DNA of 50,431 bases from contig KZ537991.1 in NCBI GenBank assembly GCA_000934665.2, positions 124,001 to 174,431 of the forward strand, read 5' to 3'. Origin of the DNA: Catajapyx aquilonaris. Taxonomy: Eukaryota. A program made the position numbers and the translations under genes. Positions 26,078 through 37,776 of this stretch are shown piece by piece. Below the pieces are notes generated by a model. The model was not told the origin of the DNA and did no database searches. It saw only the letters and a program-made list of their open reading frames with translations. Numbering within the stretch: position 1 is the first letter of the stretch; each line of letters opens with the position of its first letter.

Positions 26078-29000
26078 ACCGTGGTACCTACTTATCGCAC
26101 TCCATGTTCTACTAAGTAGAGCAGGAAAGCCTGAAGGAAGCGTGTAATTTGCTCAGGGAAACTATACGGAGCCTTGCGTAATTACACACCTTTTCTGAAG
26201 GCCCCAGACTATCGGTTGGGCAATCACCGACACAAGGCGCTAAACTAACTGGAACTAACTGGAAAGTTCCGGATAGATCCGAGCCAGATTCCCCCATTTT
26301 TGTAGGCACAAATTGGGCAACTAGATCGATTCGCGATAGAAAAATCACTGAAGCAATAAAAGCAATAGCATTTATCTACCAATCAGAAGCTTCCCTCGAA
26401 TAATTTCCAGCTTCTTATTGGCGCATAGCTGTTATTACCTTTGAAACTGACTGCTTCTCTCACAGCCTTCTTAACTAAACACGATTTATTTAACTGTTAC
26501 GTAATTTATCATATTTTAATGTCCATCCTTGCTGTGATTATCATCATCATCATCCGGATCGATAACCTTGGATACGCAACCAACCTAACGGAACACGACA
26601 CGCTAAGAAATAATAGGTGAAGGCACAGGGATTCTAATTAGCCGGTTGTGCAGGCTGTTCCCGGAAGCCCCAGATTTTCCCTTCATTACAATGCATTCAG
26701 TTTCTCCGTCTGTCCATCTTAATTAAGGCTCGGCGCGGCGCCTTGTTGTGTGTCACTAATTATGAATAAGTCTTTCCCCGGGTCACAATAACATTATCCC
26801 GAGGACGCCCAAGTCTTTGCTCGCTCGGGTGGGTCTCCCCCCCACCACCATCCCCTCCTCTTAAGCACGCATGAATACCAAAGCAGCCCCCGTGTGCTCC
26901 TGTGGACAAGTCGCAGGCAGGCAATTCAACCTTTTCTCTTCTTTTTTTTTGGTTCTTTTTTTTCCAAGGGATGGAACCGAGGAGATTTCGACCGAATCCA
27001 AAGTCCTGGAAAATGTGCAGCTGGCGAGGTAGCCACAGATCGTCGCCAGCTGCTGCTAGCTCGACTCCACAAGACTTGTCTCTTAGCGATCTGGAAGCCG
27101 CACCAGTCCTCTCTCTCTCTCTGTCTCTCTCCCCCCCCCCCTCCTTTAGCAATCCCTGTGCTGATTCCAGATGACGATGCATACTGCAATACATGCTCAC
27201 TCTCGCTAATTTCTGTCCAACTCACTGCTCCAGTTAATTGAATTTCAGCACCGACCAGCACAAAACCTTGCATTTCTGACATTAATGGAGAAGTGCTTGA
27301 CGCCTTTTTTTTGGGGGGGGGGGGGCGGACCAGGGGGAAGGAACCCCTCCCAAAAATATAGATAATTATCGAACCAGTTCGCAAAATCCAGATTTGAATT
27401 CCATTCCTGAAGCACAGGATTTGCTGAATCAGATTTTTTATTATTACGAGCAGGATGACATTATTATCTGGAGCAGGCGCCGTTTGGAGCTCAAGTGCTT
27501 TTGATTGGAGTAATTGGAGATGGGAGTGGCTGATTTTTTTGTGTGTAATCAGGTAATATGGCAATTGATATCCTCGCAATGACGCTGAAAGTGGAGGTGT
27601 CCTGTTTCAGTTAGAAATTTTTTCGGACACAAAATCATGTTATAATTATTATTCAACATGGAATTTTCAATATTCTGAGCCAAATAGTTTGAAAGGTTTA
27701 TATAATTAAGAGGTGTCGGATTCAAAAGAAACATGTAAGTGATATGTAGATCTGGCTCTACCCATACATAAACTGCACAAAAAATGTCGTTGTGAATCCA
27801 ACTAACATGTCAAAATATTTTGGCAATAATTCTCTCCTAATCCAATCTGTTTACACTGTCATTAGCAAAATATAAACTAATTTTCCAACCTCCAACTACT
27901 TTGTTGTCAAGACAATACGTCGCATTTTCTCTAGCTCTGAATATCCAAATTACCTCCTCTGAGATGCAGCCTAAGCGACACAGCTACGGTTCATATATTT
28001 ATCTCGATATGACACTCAACGTCGAGTAATCTCCGAGATATTTCACTCGCAGCAGTGACTGAAATGTACTTAACATTAGCTCCCTTGATGAGCAGCAACT
28101 GACGACGTTTTAAGGAAACGATTTGTTGGCGCCGCGATTCAAATCCGACTGGGTCATTCATCATAAAGTTTTTCACCAGCTGGAGAAACAAGGCGGTGAC
28201 AAATTTACACGTCGAGAGAAGGCTTTAAGGCTACGCTCCTCGCTTCTGCCACGCTTTCCAGAGACGTAATATATATAAGAGTAGAAGGTTGTGGAGCAAG
28301 GGTAAGGCACACACAAAAAAGGAGGTCGAAACTAGAACTTTTGTGCCATTGAAATAGTATCCCTGCACACTTATTTCCGCTTGCCACTCACATTTTAGGG
28401 GGGTTAAGTCCTTAATAATGGTTGGTCTGCAGACAAAAGTGATGGGGAGGGAGGGACCATTGTCGGAACACAGTGTGATTTATCTCTGGTGTCATTGCAG
28501 TCGAGGCATTATAAGCATTGCAACAGAATGGTAAATCCGATGTTCCTCGAAGTTGTGACAAGTCATTCAGCAGCATCATTTCAATTTAGTGAAGCCAATG
28601 TACTGACACGGTTGGGTTGCTATGATGCAAAGGCTATACCGTACTTGGTACTTTCCCTCTCTCTCTAGTAATTGAAGCCCATTCCTCCCTCCCAACATTC
28701 CCTCCTCCCAAAAAAAGGTCCTTCCAGATACACAAGGGAGCTGAGAGAAGGTGTTTTCCTCCAGAGAAGGCAAGTCAAACAAAAGCTCGCATTTACATCC
28801 GGTTCCGGATCTATCCCCCAACCCAACCCAACCCTAAACCAAACCACCCCCATTGATCAGGCTCTTTCCATTCGAACGCAACCTCGTACTATTGCAACTT
28901 GAGCATTTGCAAGGGCGGCGATGGAATTGAACTCTTTTTTTTTCTCCCTTCCACTCCGGATTAGGAAGCCTGACTTAATCAGGAGAAGTATGCAGGCGTT

Positions 29001-31899
29001 ACAGTATACTTACAGGGCCAGCTTTTCCTCTCCTTCTCCTACCAAAAAAAAAGAAGGGGGTAAACGTGTCTCTTGTAGCGAAAAAGACGCGGTACTTGGC
29101 TTGAAATGGGTGGACGTAATCTCCAAGACCTATCTGGAAGGGCTGGGAACGCCTAATCTTGTTACTTCTAAAATCACTTATCAGGATTTCCAGTTTGATG
29201 CACTTCAATAAAAGAAAACGGATTCCGGGTCGGCAGCAGAGAAGGCAACCTCTCGGCTATGGTGGGGGTTAGAGGAAAAGGAGAGGGGGACCATTCCATT
29301 TCCTAATTTACATGCGATGGATTCCAAGTGCAAAACCGGAGGCTGCCACGCTTACTTTGCTCACAAGAGGCCTTTATGGCTACCGTTGCTAGTTCAATCG
29401 ACATTATATCCAAACCCCCCCTCCTGCTCCTCTCTCCTGCGGGTATATAATAAAAAAAGAACAATGGTAAGCGAATGAGGGGATACTAATTAAACAAAGC
29501 GCTCAGCCAGTCATGAAGATTACAGGCGCTTATATCGCCTTGATGGGCCAAATTATTGAAGAGACTGGCACTAAAGCGCTCGGAAATGAAATCCGCACCG
29601 ATGCTTCGCTTACTCAGCTTGAAACAAACAACGTGTCGCTGATTGCGCACCGTTTTCAAGGGTGCTTCATGCAAATAAACAAAAGCTCCGACTCTCTTCG
29701 TCCTTTTTAACAGATGGGGACTCCACTCTTCCTAATCGATTTGTGAATAGACACAGAGAGAGTTGGGAAGGGCGGGGGAGAAAAAAACGTACTTCAAATA
29801 ACTCGACTCTTTTTAAACGTGGGACCCCCCCGCCTTTTCCTCCACAAGTTGCACAAAAAATAATTTTCCTCCCTTTTCCTTCTCTCCTTCTCCAATTACG
29901 GTCCCAAAATTTAATTTATCCGCCCACTATAAATCAATTATGATTACAAACCTTGCTCCACTAGAGTTCCCTTTGATAATAAAGTATACATCTGAGAGAA
30001 AACTTGGTGGGGGAGGAGGGTTCAGCTATGCTTAGGACTAAATATATAAGTATATTACGACTGGCTCCAGGAGGAGGAATGGAATTTCATATTTTGTATC
30101 GCCCAAATGAAAATATTCGGAGTTTATGCATATTTTCGCAAAGTTTTGAATTACTGTTTCGTGCAGCTATCAGCAATCACGACTAATTAATATGCCCATT
30201 TCTGATATAATTTCAGTTTTCTACCTACCTGTTGGATTGTCCATAATTATACGACTTGGTTTGGAAGGAATTAAATTTCATACTTTATATATCGTAAGGA
30301 AAAATCTGAGCTCGTAGTAGTTTATACCGGTGTTTAACGCATTAAAAACGGCCAGTACACCGCCTTTTACAACAATCGACGGGCCAGATAACCCAAGTTT
30401 TAAAACCGCGACATCGCACAATGAAAGAAAGTCCTTTCCCCTTCAAGTAGCTGGTAATTGAAGGGTAAAAGGGCCATTCTCACTGCAGGGTTATTGGTGT
30501 GGTATACCTCAACTATTAAGCCAGCCAATCGCAGCGCCGGCCTGCATTCAAAAGCCCATTTTACGGCATGCACATGAAGAGCCCATAAAGTCAGTATTAG
30601 TACTGTAGAACACGTGCATTGAAAATTAACGACCGCAAAAGGTGTCCCCCCACCATCATTCATAAACCCAAAAGAATAGGGCCATAACCGGACTCTTGTT
30701 CCAGCCTCTCTATCCCCTTCAAAAAAAATACAAGTGCAGCAACATGTACATTTTGAGAGGATCCTAACATCTGCAAAACCCAGGTCTCCTTTTCTCCCCC
30801 TGATATATTTTCGATCTCTGGTTCTCCCCATTTGCTTTCTAGCGTGGGCTTCCCATGAGGTAACCCCCACTGACGAATGGTTCCGGTCTGGATGCAGCCT
30901 AATGAAAACGGCTCGTAAAAACAAATGGAATAGAATGAAGGGAATTAAGCGTCCTCCTTGTGTCTCCCTGTGATGTGTTGACTCTTGTTCGACTCTGGAA
31001 GGTCCGCTGGACTTGTTGGTTTTGCAATGCACACCTGCCTCGCTTTCTGCTCTTCAATTATCCTGCGTCAGGGTCCTGATTGGCACAGGATCAGGTTCTC
31101 TAGTTGCAAACCCAATATTAAGTAAGCTAGTTGTCTCTAGGGTTAAAAGGGTATTTGCTTTACTTGGCGGATAACTGTCCTCTTTCAATCGCAAACCACA
31201 ACTCTGCACATATCAGCTTGTCGTCCAAATTCCCCTCTTGGTTCACATAGATTCCACACCTTCATCTCCTCACGGACATGACGTTTCCAGCTATTTTCTC
31301 TCCCAAAGTCCCCAGTGTGCCTGCCCAAGTCCATTTACGATCGTCCTTCTTGCAGGAGTTATCCGCCTGAATTATTGAAAAGCGAAGTCCTGACTGGCCA
31401 AAAGCAAGGAAAAGAGTAAGCCCTGATCCAGATTAGACCCCCCCTATACCCATGGAAGAAGGAAATGATATCTCCCACTGGACTCTCCGTCCGATCAAGT
31501 CCAACCTTTCATCGCATCAAGGGAGAAGAGACAGGCTGGCAAAAAAATAATGTTGCGAAAAAGACGGGACACATTCAGAGGAAATACGTGCACTTTATTT
31601 TGGCTAGATGAAGTGATCTTATTTGTCCAGTGTTAATCTCGCCGCCTTAGTTAGTGAGCACGCGAGTATATCATGTCGTGCACGGGTACAGCTCGAATTA
31701 GCCAAGAGAGCAGAAAATTGGGTAGTGCAATAAAGCCGTGTGACGGGAGAATGACGTGAAAATATGATGAGTGAGGAAGATGCACGCCATTTTTAGCACA
31801 CTTCACTTCCACAAAAGAGGACGGAAATGTGCAGAAAAAAACGAGAGAGAGGGAGAGAGAGATGTTGAGGACAAAGGAATCACCGACTCGGCAGATTCT

Positions 31900-31914
31900 N
31901 NNNNNNNNNNNNNN
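31900..31914. other. Assembly gap (15 N) adjoining a poly-C run; single Ns also at 15432, 41639 and 46511
   Basis: All Ns lie at or near C/G homopolymer runs. Confidence 0.95.
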
Positions 31915-33258
31915 CCCCCCCCCCCCCAATTTACGATTCGGAAATGCAAGGTTTTTCGGTGGCAAAAGCGACAGTTTCCTTCAGAAAAGCCAATGTTTAC
32001 GGATGGGATGCTGCGGTAAGCCCCAACGAAAAGTGGGTTAAAACGAGGGATTGGACTGGAAGGGCTCCAGAAAGTTACAAGCCGTTGATCTCCTCCTCCA
32101 CCCCCACCAATCTGACACCGATCGGCCCTTTTCATTGTCATGCTTTTTTAAAAAAAGAAGGAAAAATATTCCGAGTGTCAACAGGACCTAAAGTCTCACA
32201 AGGGCGGGATCTCTTAAAACTCTAATCATATTCATTTTTGTGACTAAAATAAGTACAGTGACAAATCATGCTTATAATTGTCACACTTTGGAGAGTTTAA
32301 GAAGAAAAAAAAATATGGAGTTTAAAACGACGGGTCCGAGGGCGCCATATCCCGACGACGGTGTCCCCTTAAAACCCCTGTCGGATCGTGCCCTGACTAT
32401 AGGACCTGACGGCCCCGGTGACCATATTTCCAGTGTAGAAATCCTGGAGAATAGAGCAAAATGGCCGCCCCCTTCTCCAAACCAACTCCTTTTCCTTCCA
32501 ACTCAAATGGCCAGGAAGGGATTGGAAGTGACAAAAGTTCATTCCATTCCACGGATATATGGCTTGAAGGGAGGCGTGTGCAAGGCTTTGGCACGCCATG
32601 GAAACCTTCCACTCTGAAGACGACCGATTCGACTCCAATGAAAGAATCCGGAGGGAGTTTTAAGTTTCGCCCCCCCTTCTTCCTCCACCTCCCTGGATTC
32701 GCCCAAAAACACTCTCTTCCTCTACCGCCTTTTTTTTACCCTCACTTGGTTTGTGCGAAGACCGTCATCGAGATTCGCGACAGGATCGCCATTTTCAACT
32801 TGTCCGGGATGCTTCCATTTCCTCTAGAAGAAAAAAAAGGCAAGGTCCCCAGCTGCCTTACCTTCCCTACGTGACTGAACAAGGTATGATTCGCAGGATT
32901 TTCGCAGCAAATCCGGGTTTTGAGTTGTGCGACTAGAACCCCTCTCTCCAGTAGCAAATGCTGCCAAAATCCTCCCCGGTCTGCCATCTATTCGAATCAG
33001 CACGAGTTACAAGCTCACCCGAGTTTGACTTGCAAAGCAGGTCTCTGGAAAGGGGGCCTCCCACAACAAACATGCAGACCTTGCGCCTCCGACGTCGCGG
33101 TATTTACATAGGAATTAAACGCGACGCGCCCCTTCCATTATGTCATGAAATATGCAATGCCCCGAGCAAATGTGTCAACGATACTGGAGGTTTTTGCACC
33201 CCCAAAAAGACAGTCGTCGTTTGGCATGTTGTGTGGTCGGTGCAGATCCTGCTGGAAT

Positions 33259-33326
33259 TGACTGGAATCGAACCTAAGACCTTTTGAGGTGGAAGTGGGG
33301 GCGTTAACTACATTTCAGCCTCACAC
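33259..33326 (-). mobile_element. Decayed tRNA-derived SINE head or tRNA pseudogene fragment
   Basis: The minus strand reads gtgtgAGGCTGAAATGtagttaacgcccccaCTTCCAcctcaaaaggtcttaGGTTCGATTCCagtc. This has a box A-like motif, a canonical box B (33264-33274) at tRNA-like spacing, and a CTTCCA loop reminiscent of tRNA-Gly(TCC). The stems do not pair, so it is not a functional tRNA. Confidence 0.5.
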
Positions 33327-36300
33327 AAAATGAGTGGAAGCTATAATTCAACATAATCCAAAGAGGGAAAGGCTGCTATTGAGTTATGATGGCGAATGAA
33401 AATTGCGAAACGTGGCCCCCCCAAAATGAGGTTTTGCGAATAAAGTCGACGGGAGGTGTTTTGTTGCGAGGAAACCCGCATGTTCGGTCTTGTCAATTGC
33501 AAACAGAGATTCAATTTCAAGTGTCGAGCAGAAAATTTTGGCACTATTTTTTCCTCCCCCCCTTTGACTTCCGCTCAGTCTTTCTTTCTTTCTTTTTTCT
33601 CTTGCTTTCGCCAAGGTTCAATTGCTCTCGTGGGATGAATGCCCCATTTCCGGAATGAACAGTCGTGAATTCTGACCTGGGCCTGATGTACGATGACAGG
33701 CCAAACAATGTCCCGGGCCTGCGAAACTGTTGGCTTTGTCCTCGATACATCTTCTCATGCCTGACACTTTCGATTGCGCCAATTTCCTCACGTTTACTCC
33801 GCGGTTACGTATTGCCACTCGGTATCAACCTATCGACACAGTGCAGACCTGTCGCCCGTTTCTTTCCTTCGGACCCAAACAATAAGAAGAATGTGTCCCC
33901 TTTCTTTTATTTGCGAAAAGGGCAACCCCCAACAGCCTGTAAATTTAACGTTGCGTAAAATTTGCAGGCTGGCATCAACTTGGTTTATCTGGAACCGAAA
34001 TCAGCGTATTTCATTCAGATGTTGACAAATCGTGTGTCGCAGTGCCGGTACAGTAGGTTGCGTCCTACAGTATGAGATTTTCGTTTTGAATACTTTGTGA
34101 TTTTCTCTCTCTCCATAGTCCTATAGTCTATATGTTTACATGAATTGTACCGCCTTGTCACCCTACAGGGAATATAAATAATAAAGTTCCATCCTGCACT
34201 GAATCAAATTCTGTAAATGTACTGAAAATATCAGCAAAATGTAAGAAGCACTTTTCGCCATATTCTCTGAAAATTTTTAACGTTATTTTCATTTAAACTA
34301 TAGCTGAACACTGCACAGAAACTACAGTTAAATGTTACAACCAGGTGATTCTTATGCTGTGGCCAACATGACGCTGTAAACCATCAAAAATCCTGCGTCA
34401 CGCAAAGAGAACTAGACTTTTTTCTCTGACAGAAGCGGTAAGAATGTTAAGTGAGCTTCAGGATAGAGACTACGCGTTTCTATCATCCGCACTGGTATTT
34501 GAAGAATCTTGGTTTTTCCTTCTCCCCCCCGTCAGCAACACAGCATGTTATTGTTTACCAGAGAAAAAAAGTTTTTCCACCCACCCCGGAAAAGCAAGGA
34601 CGTTTTGTTATACTTCCACTCTGGTCTCATTCATCACTCTCTGCACGTATTGAATGATCATTTACTAGGGGAGCGAAAAGAGAAAGGAAAAACTTATTGA
34701 TAGAGTTTCTCCGAGACAATGGCAAGTCATACAGATTGCTGCACAAGAAAACAATCATTTTCCTTTTACCCCCCAGAAAGAGAAAATGGTGGTGCTTGGA
34801 TGGAAGGGGGGGGGGGCGACTTCAACAACTAATATTTTATCTATTGTTGTTTCCCTTGCCCGGTTCACGTGAGACAATTTATTTGGTCTTTTTCTGGCAA
34901 AGACAGCGTGAGGGATCCGATCAGGGAGAATCAAAGAGGGCAGAGTATTTTTCTGACGTTCGAATAATAAATGGTACACACTGTCCAAGCGTGAGAGAAA
35001 AAGGCAGTCCCATACGCCAGCTGAAAAACAACAATAGGGTAGAATGGATAAGACTGGGGAAAAAAATGTTCAAAAAAATGTCACGCGCTGGTAACCGAAC
35101 CGAGAAATGACGTCATGGTTGGTTACTTCATTTTTTTAAAAAAAACACGCACCCTGCGTAAGTTACTTCCCCCTTGGCTCTCACTAATTAACCTGAAATT
35201 CTGTATCAAATTTCCCCAGCTATTATGTCTACAGTGTCTGATTTTATCGTCACCTGGCGATAAAATAAACACTCATTACCAGCCCGTTTCGGATCCAGGG
35301 ACTGCATTTTCCACGTGACATTTCATAAAGTCATGATTGACACGCATTGGAAATTCCCCCCACCTCCCTTACCCTCCAACCCTCACATCCGATCGACAAC
35401 CAGACAACAAATTGCAAATTGCGAAAATGTCTATATGTATGCAGTAATCTGGCCGGATTAAACAAATCACAAATTGCTGTCTTTTTTTGGTTTAAAAAAA
35501 ATGTGCTGCATAAATAATATCTTTTCGCATTAGGACTCTATCAAGTAGCTCTGTTCACAAAAATTTATAGATAAAGGCTCGTTGTGTCCCTCCCGTCCGA
35601 AGCGAGGACCGGAGTTTTGCTGTGTTTATCTTTCGACAAAGGCATTAAACTTCACAGGAGTCCGCGTTTATGTCCCCGGTTTACTGCGGCTCGTGTGTAT
35701 AAAGTGTTTCAATCAATGATGCCTCTCCACCCCTCCCCATCTGGGCCTCTCTTTTTTGTATGTTTGTGTGTGTGTGTTGCCAGACATGCAGCGTAATGTT
35801 GTCAAAGGAATGTCAGCATTTCCGCCAGATCAGGTCTGACACAGGTCTTATTATAGGACGTGGGAAGGCGTGAAGAAGTGGCAGCGAACTGTGGGGAAAA
35901 AAATCCAAGGCACGTCATTAAATCTTAACGCCATATTTCCGATCATTACTTTGCCGCAGGGAGGTTAAGGTTTTGTGGATGGGGGTTGTTTTCACCCTTA
36001 AGAGTTTTCTTCGATTATCTGCCTCGTATTCGTCTCCTTTTCACCCGCAGAAAATTTCTCTCGAGTGTTGAGGACTCTGCGTCTATCCTGAGGAATATTA
36101 TGGCCACATAACGATCTGCTGCACCGTAATAACTATTGTGGGCAAAGAGTTAACGAGGTCTCACTTTAGGCCAAGCCACTCGGCTGCAGTAATTTAAAGA
36201 GGTTTTGTCAAGTGCAGGACTCGCTGTACCAAACTTTACGAGTCCTTTTTTTTGAGAGAGGACGAGAGGGAAGCCTTTGGGTTTGTACCAAATGGGATGG

Positions 36301-37665
36301 AATATTATACACAGTGCTCGGTGTTGTCGAAAAAAAAAATTGTTTGCGGCCCACCTCAAAATGTCTGTACAGCTTCATATTGGCCGCTGGCTGCAATGTT
36401 CCAGTTCTTTTCATAAAAATTATGCATGAAACTGATGTGGAGAAATGTCTGTCAAAAAAAAACACTGGCAGACCCACTACTGGCTTCAACGACAGAAACT
36501 GCGAAATAAAATTGTAAAAAAAATAATTCTGCGCATATTATTAATCTCAGGCTGGCACACTTTTCAGAAACCTGTGCATAAGTTATCGCCATGTATGTGT
36601 GGCTGGGAATGACATTATTTTAACATGGCTACTGTACAGTAAGTGTTTCGCATTGGGATATGCGATTTTCTTTTAAATTTTGCGCTTATATAACCTGATG
36701 TAAGACTTTAGTCCTTTGTCGCAGCGTGGCCCCCCACAAATGGAGTCCGAATTTCTCTCGTTTTTTTTCTAATCCTGATCTTATCGTGTCCTCCCCCATT
36801 TCTTTTCCTGCTGGGGGCAATGTGGCGGGAGAGAGGACCTTTTCCTTCCTTCCTTCCCCTTTTGCCTTATTCCTTCTCTCTGCTCACTGGAATTCCATTA
36901 AGTAGAACCGGAGGATGCGGAGGAAGGAAAATGCATCCGACCCCCTCTAGCTATTGCCACGTGTACTTACGTGCTGCCCTATTCCTCCTAGAAATTTCAG
37001 CATCTCGCGCTCTCCACCCGTGCAGGAATTTACTCAGGACGCAATTGCATCCGTGCAGTTATCAGTACACATACACGGTAGGTTAATACCGACTATAGTT
37101 CACATCAAACTACACTGCACCAAAGTGTTGCGAGGAAAGGCATCGTATGGTGACTTTTAATAATCCGAGGTCGAGCTCCCTTTTACCCTCGTGACTTTTA
37201 ATCCAGATTTCACATGACCGATCCGCCGGGGATAAACAACTAAGAAAGCAATACCTGCCTGCAAAATTGCTTCCTCGGGAAGTCTAATATGTGCCGTTGT
37301 CTAGGAAACTCCCTCTACTATACTATACTGAGAGGGGGGGGGGGCAACTCTTTTGCAACCTGGACCGCTCTCTTCATAAGGCTTCAATCGCCCGCTTTGT
37401 CGACATCATTTTCACTACAAGCTCTCTCTCTCTCGTAATTTTGCTTCGGCATATTGGTACTGTACTTTCCTCTCCCCAAACCCTCCCCTGTTTTTGTCTG
37501 TTGACGGTGTTTTAATTAGCGGTGGGAAGGCTTTGAAATTATCTGGCAGTGTAGCGCCATTAGACGCCAGCATGTCGTCATAGTAATTGGTCTAGATGCC
37601 GACCAAAAAGAACCTTCCAAAAATGTACAAAACATGTTTTCGTTATATACACGAAATATTAAAAT

Positions 37666-37776
37666 CAGGGATGGAAAAAGAACCGCTTCTTTGGGCGGTA
37701 AGCGGTTCTTTTTCTATCCCTGCACATGGAAAAAAGAAGCGCTTCTTGGAAGGAAGCGGTACTTTTTCCATCCCTG
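37666..37776. mobile_element. hAT-superfamily MITE, 111 bp, with 8-bp TSD
   Basis: TIRs CAGGGATGGAAAAAGAACCGCTT and AAGCGGTACTTTTTCCATCCCTG are 22/23 complementary. The element is flanked by an exact 8-bp direct repeat ATTAAAAT (37658-37665 and 37777-37784). CAG-starting TIRs with an 8-bp TSD are the hAT signature. Confidence 0.9.

Noticed and set aside
26969..27029. Possible plus-strand micro-exon after a strong polypyrimidine acceptor (DGTEEISTESKVLENVQLA)
   Set aside because: The donor GTAGCC is weak, I recognise no homology, and poly-T tracts create many false acceptors here.
27991..28191. Minus-strand ORF preceded by the acceptor-like ttgtttctccag
   Set aside because: No recognisable family and no supporting neighbouring exons.
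28816..28851. (CCCAA)n/CCCTAA telomere-like stretch
   Set aside because: Too short and degenerate; simple low-complexity sequence.
11200..36545. Inverted similarity of about 35 nt between 11221-11250 (tatgcgcagaagaattatt) and 36506-36540 (aataattctgcgcata)
   Set aside because: Short, AT-rich and gapped; cannot be separated from chance without a search.
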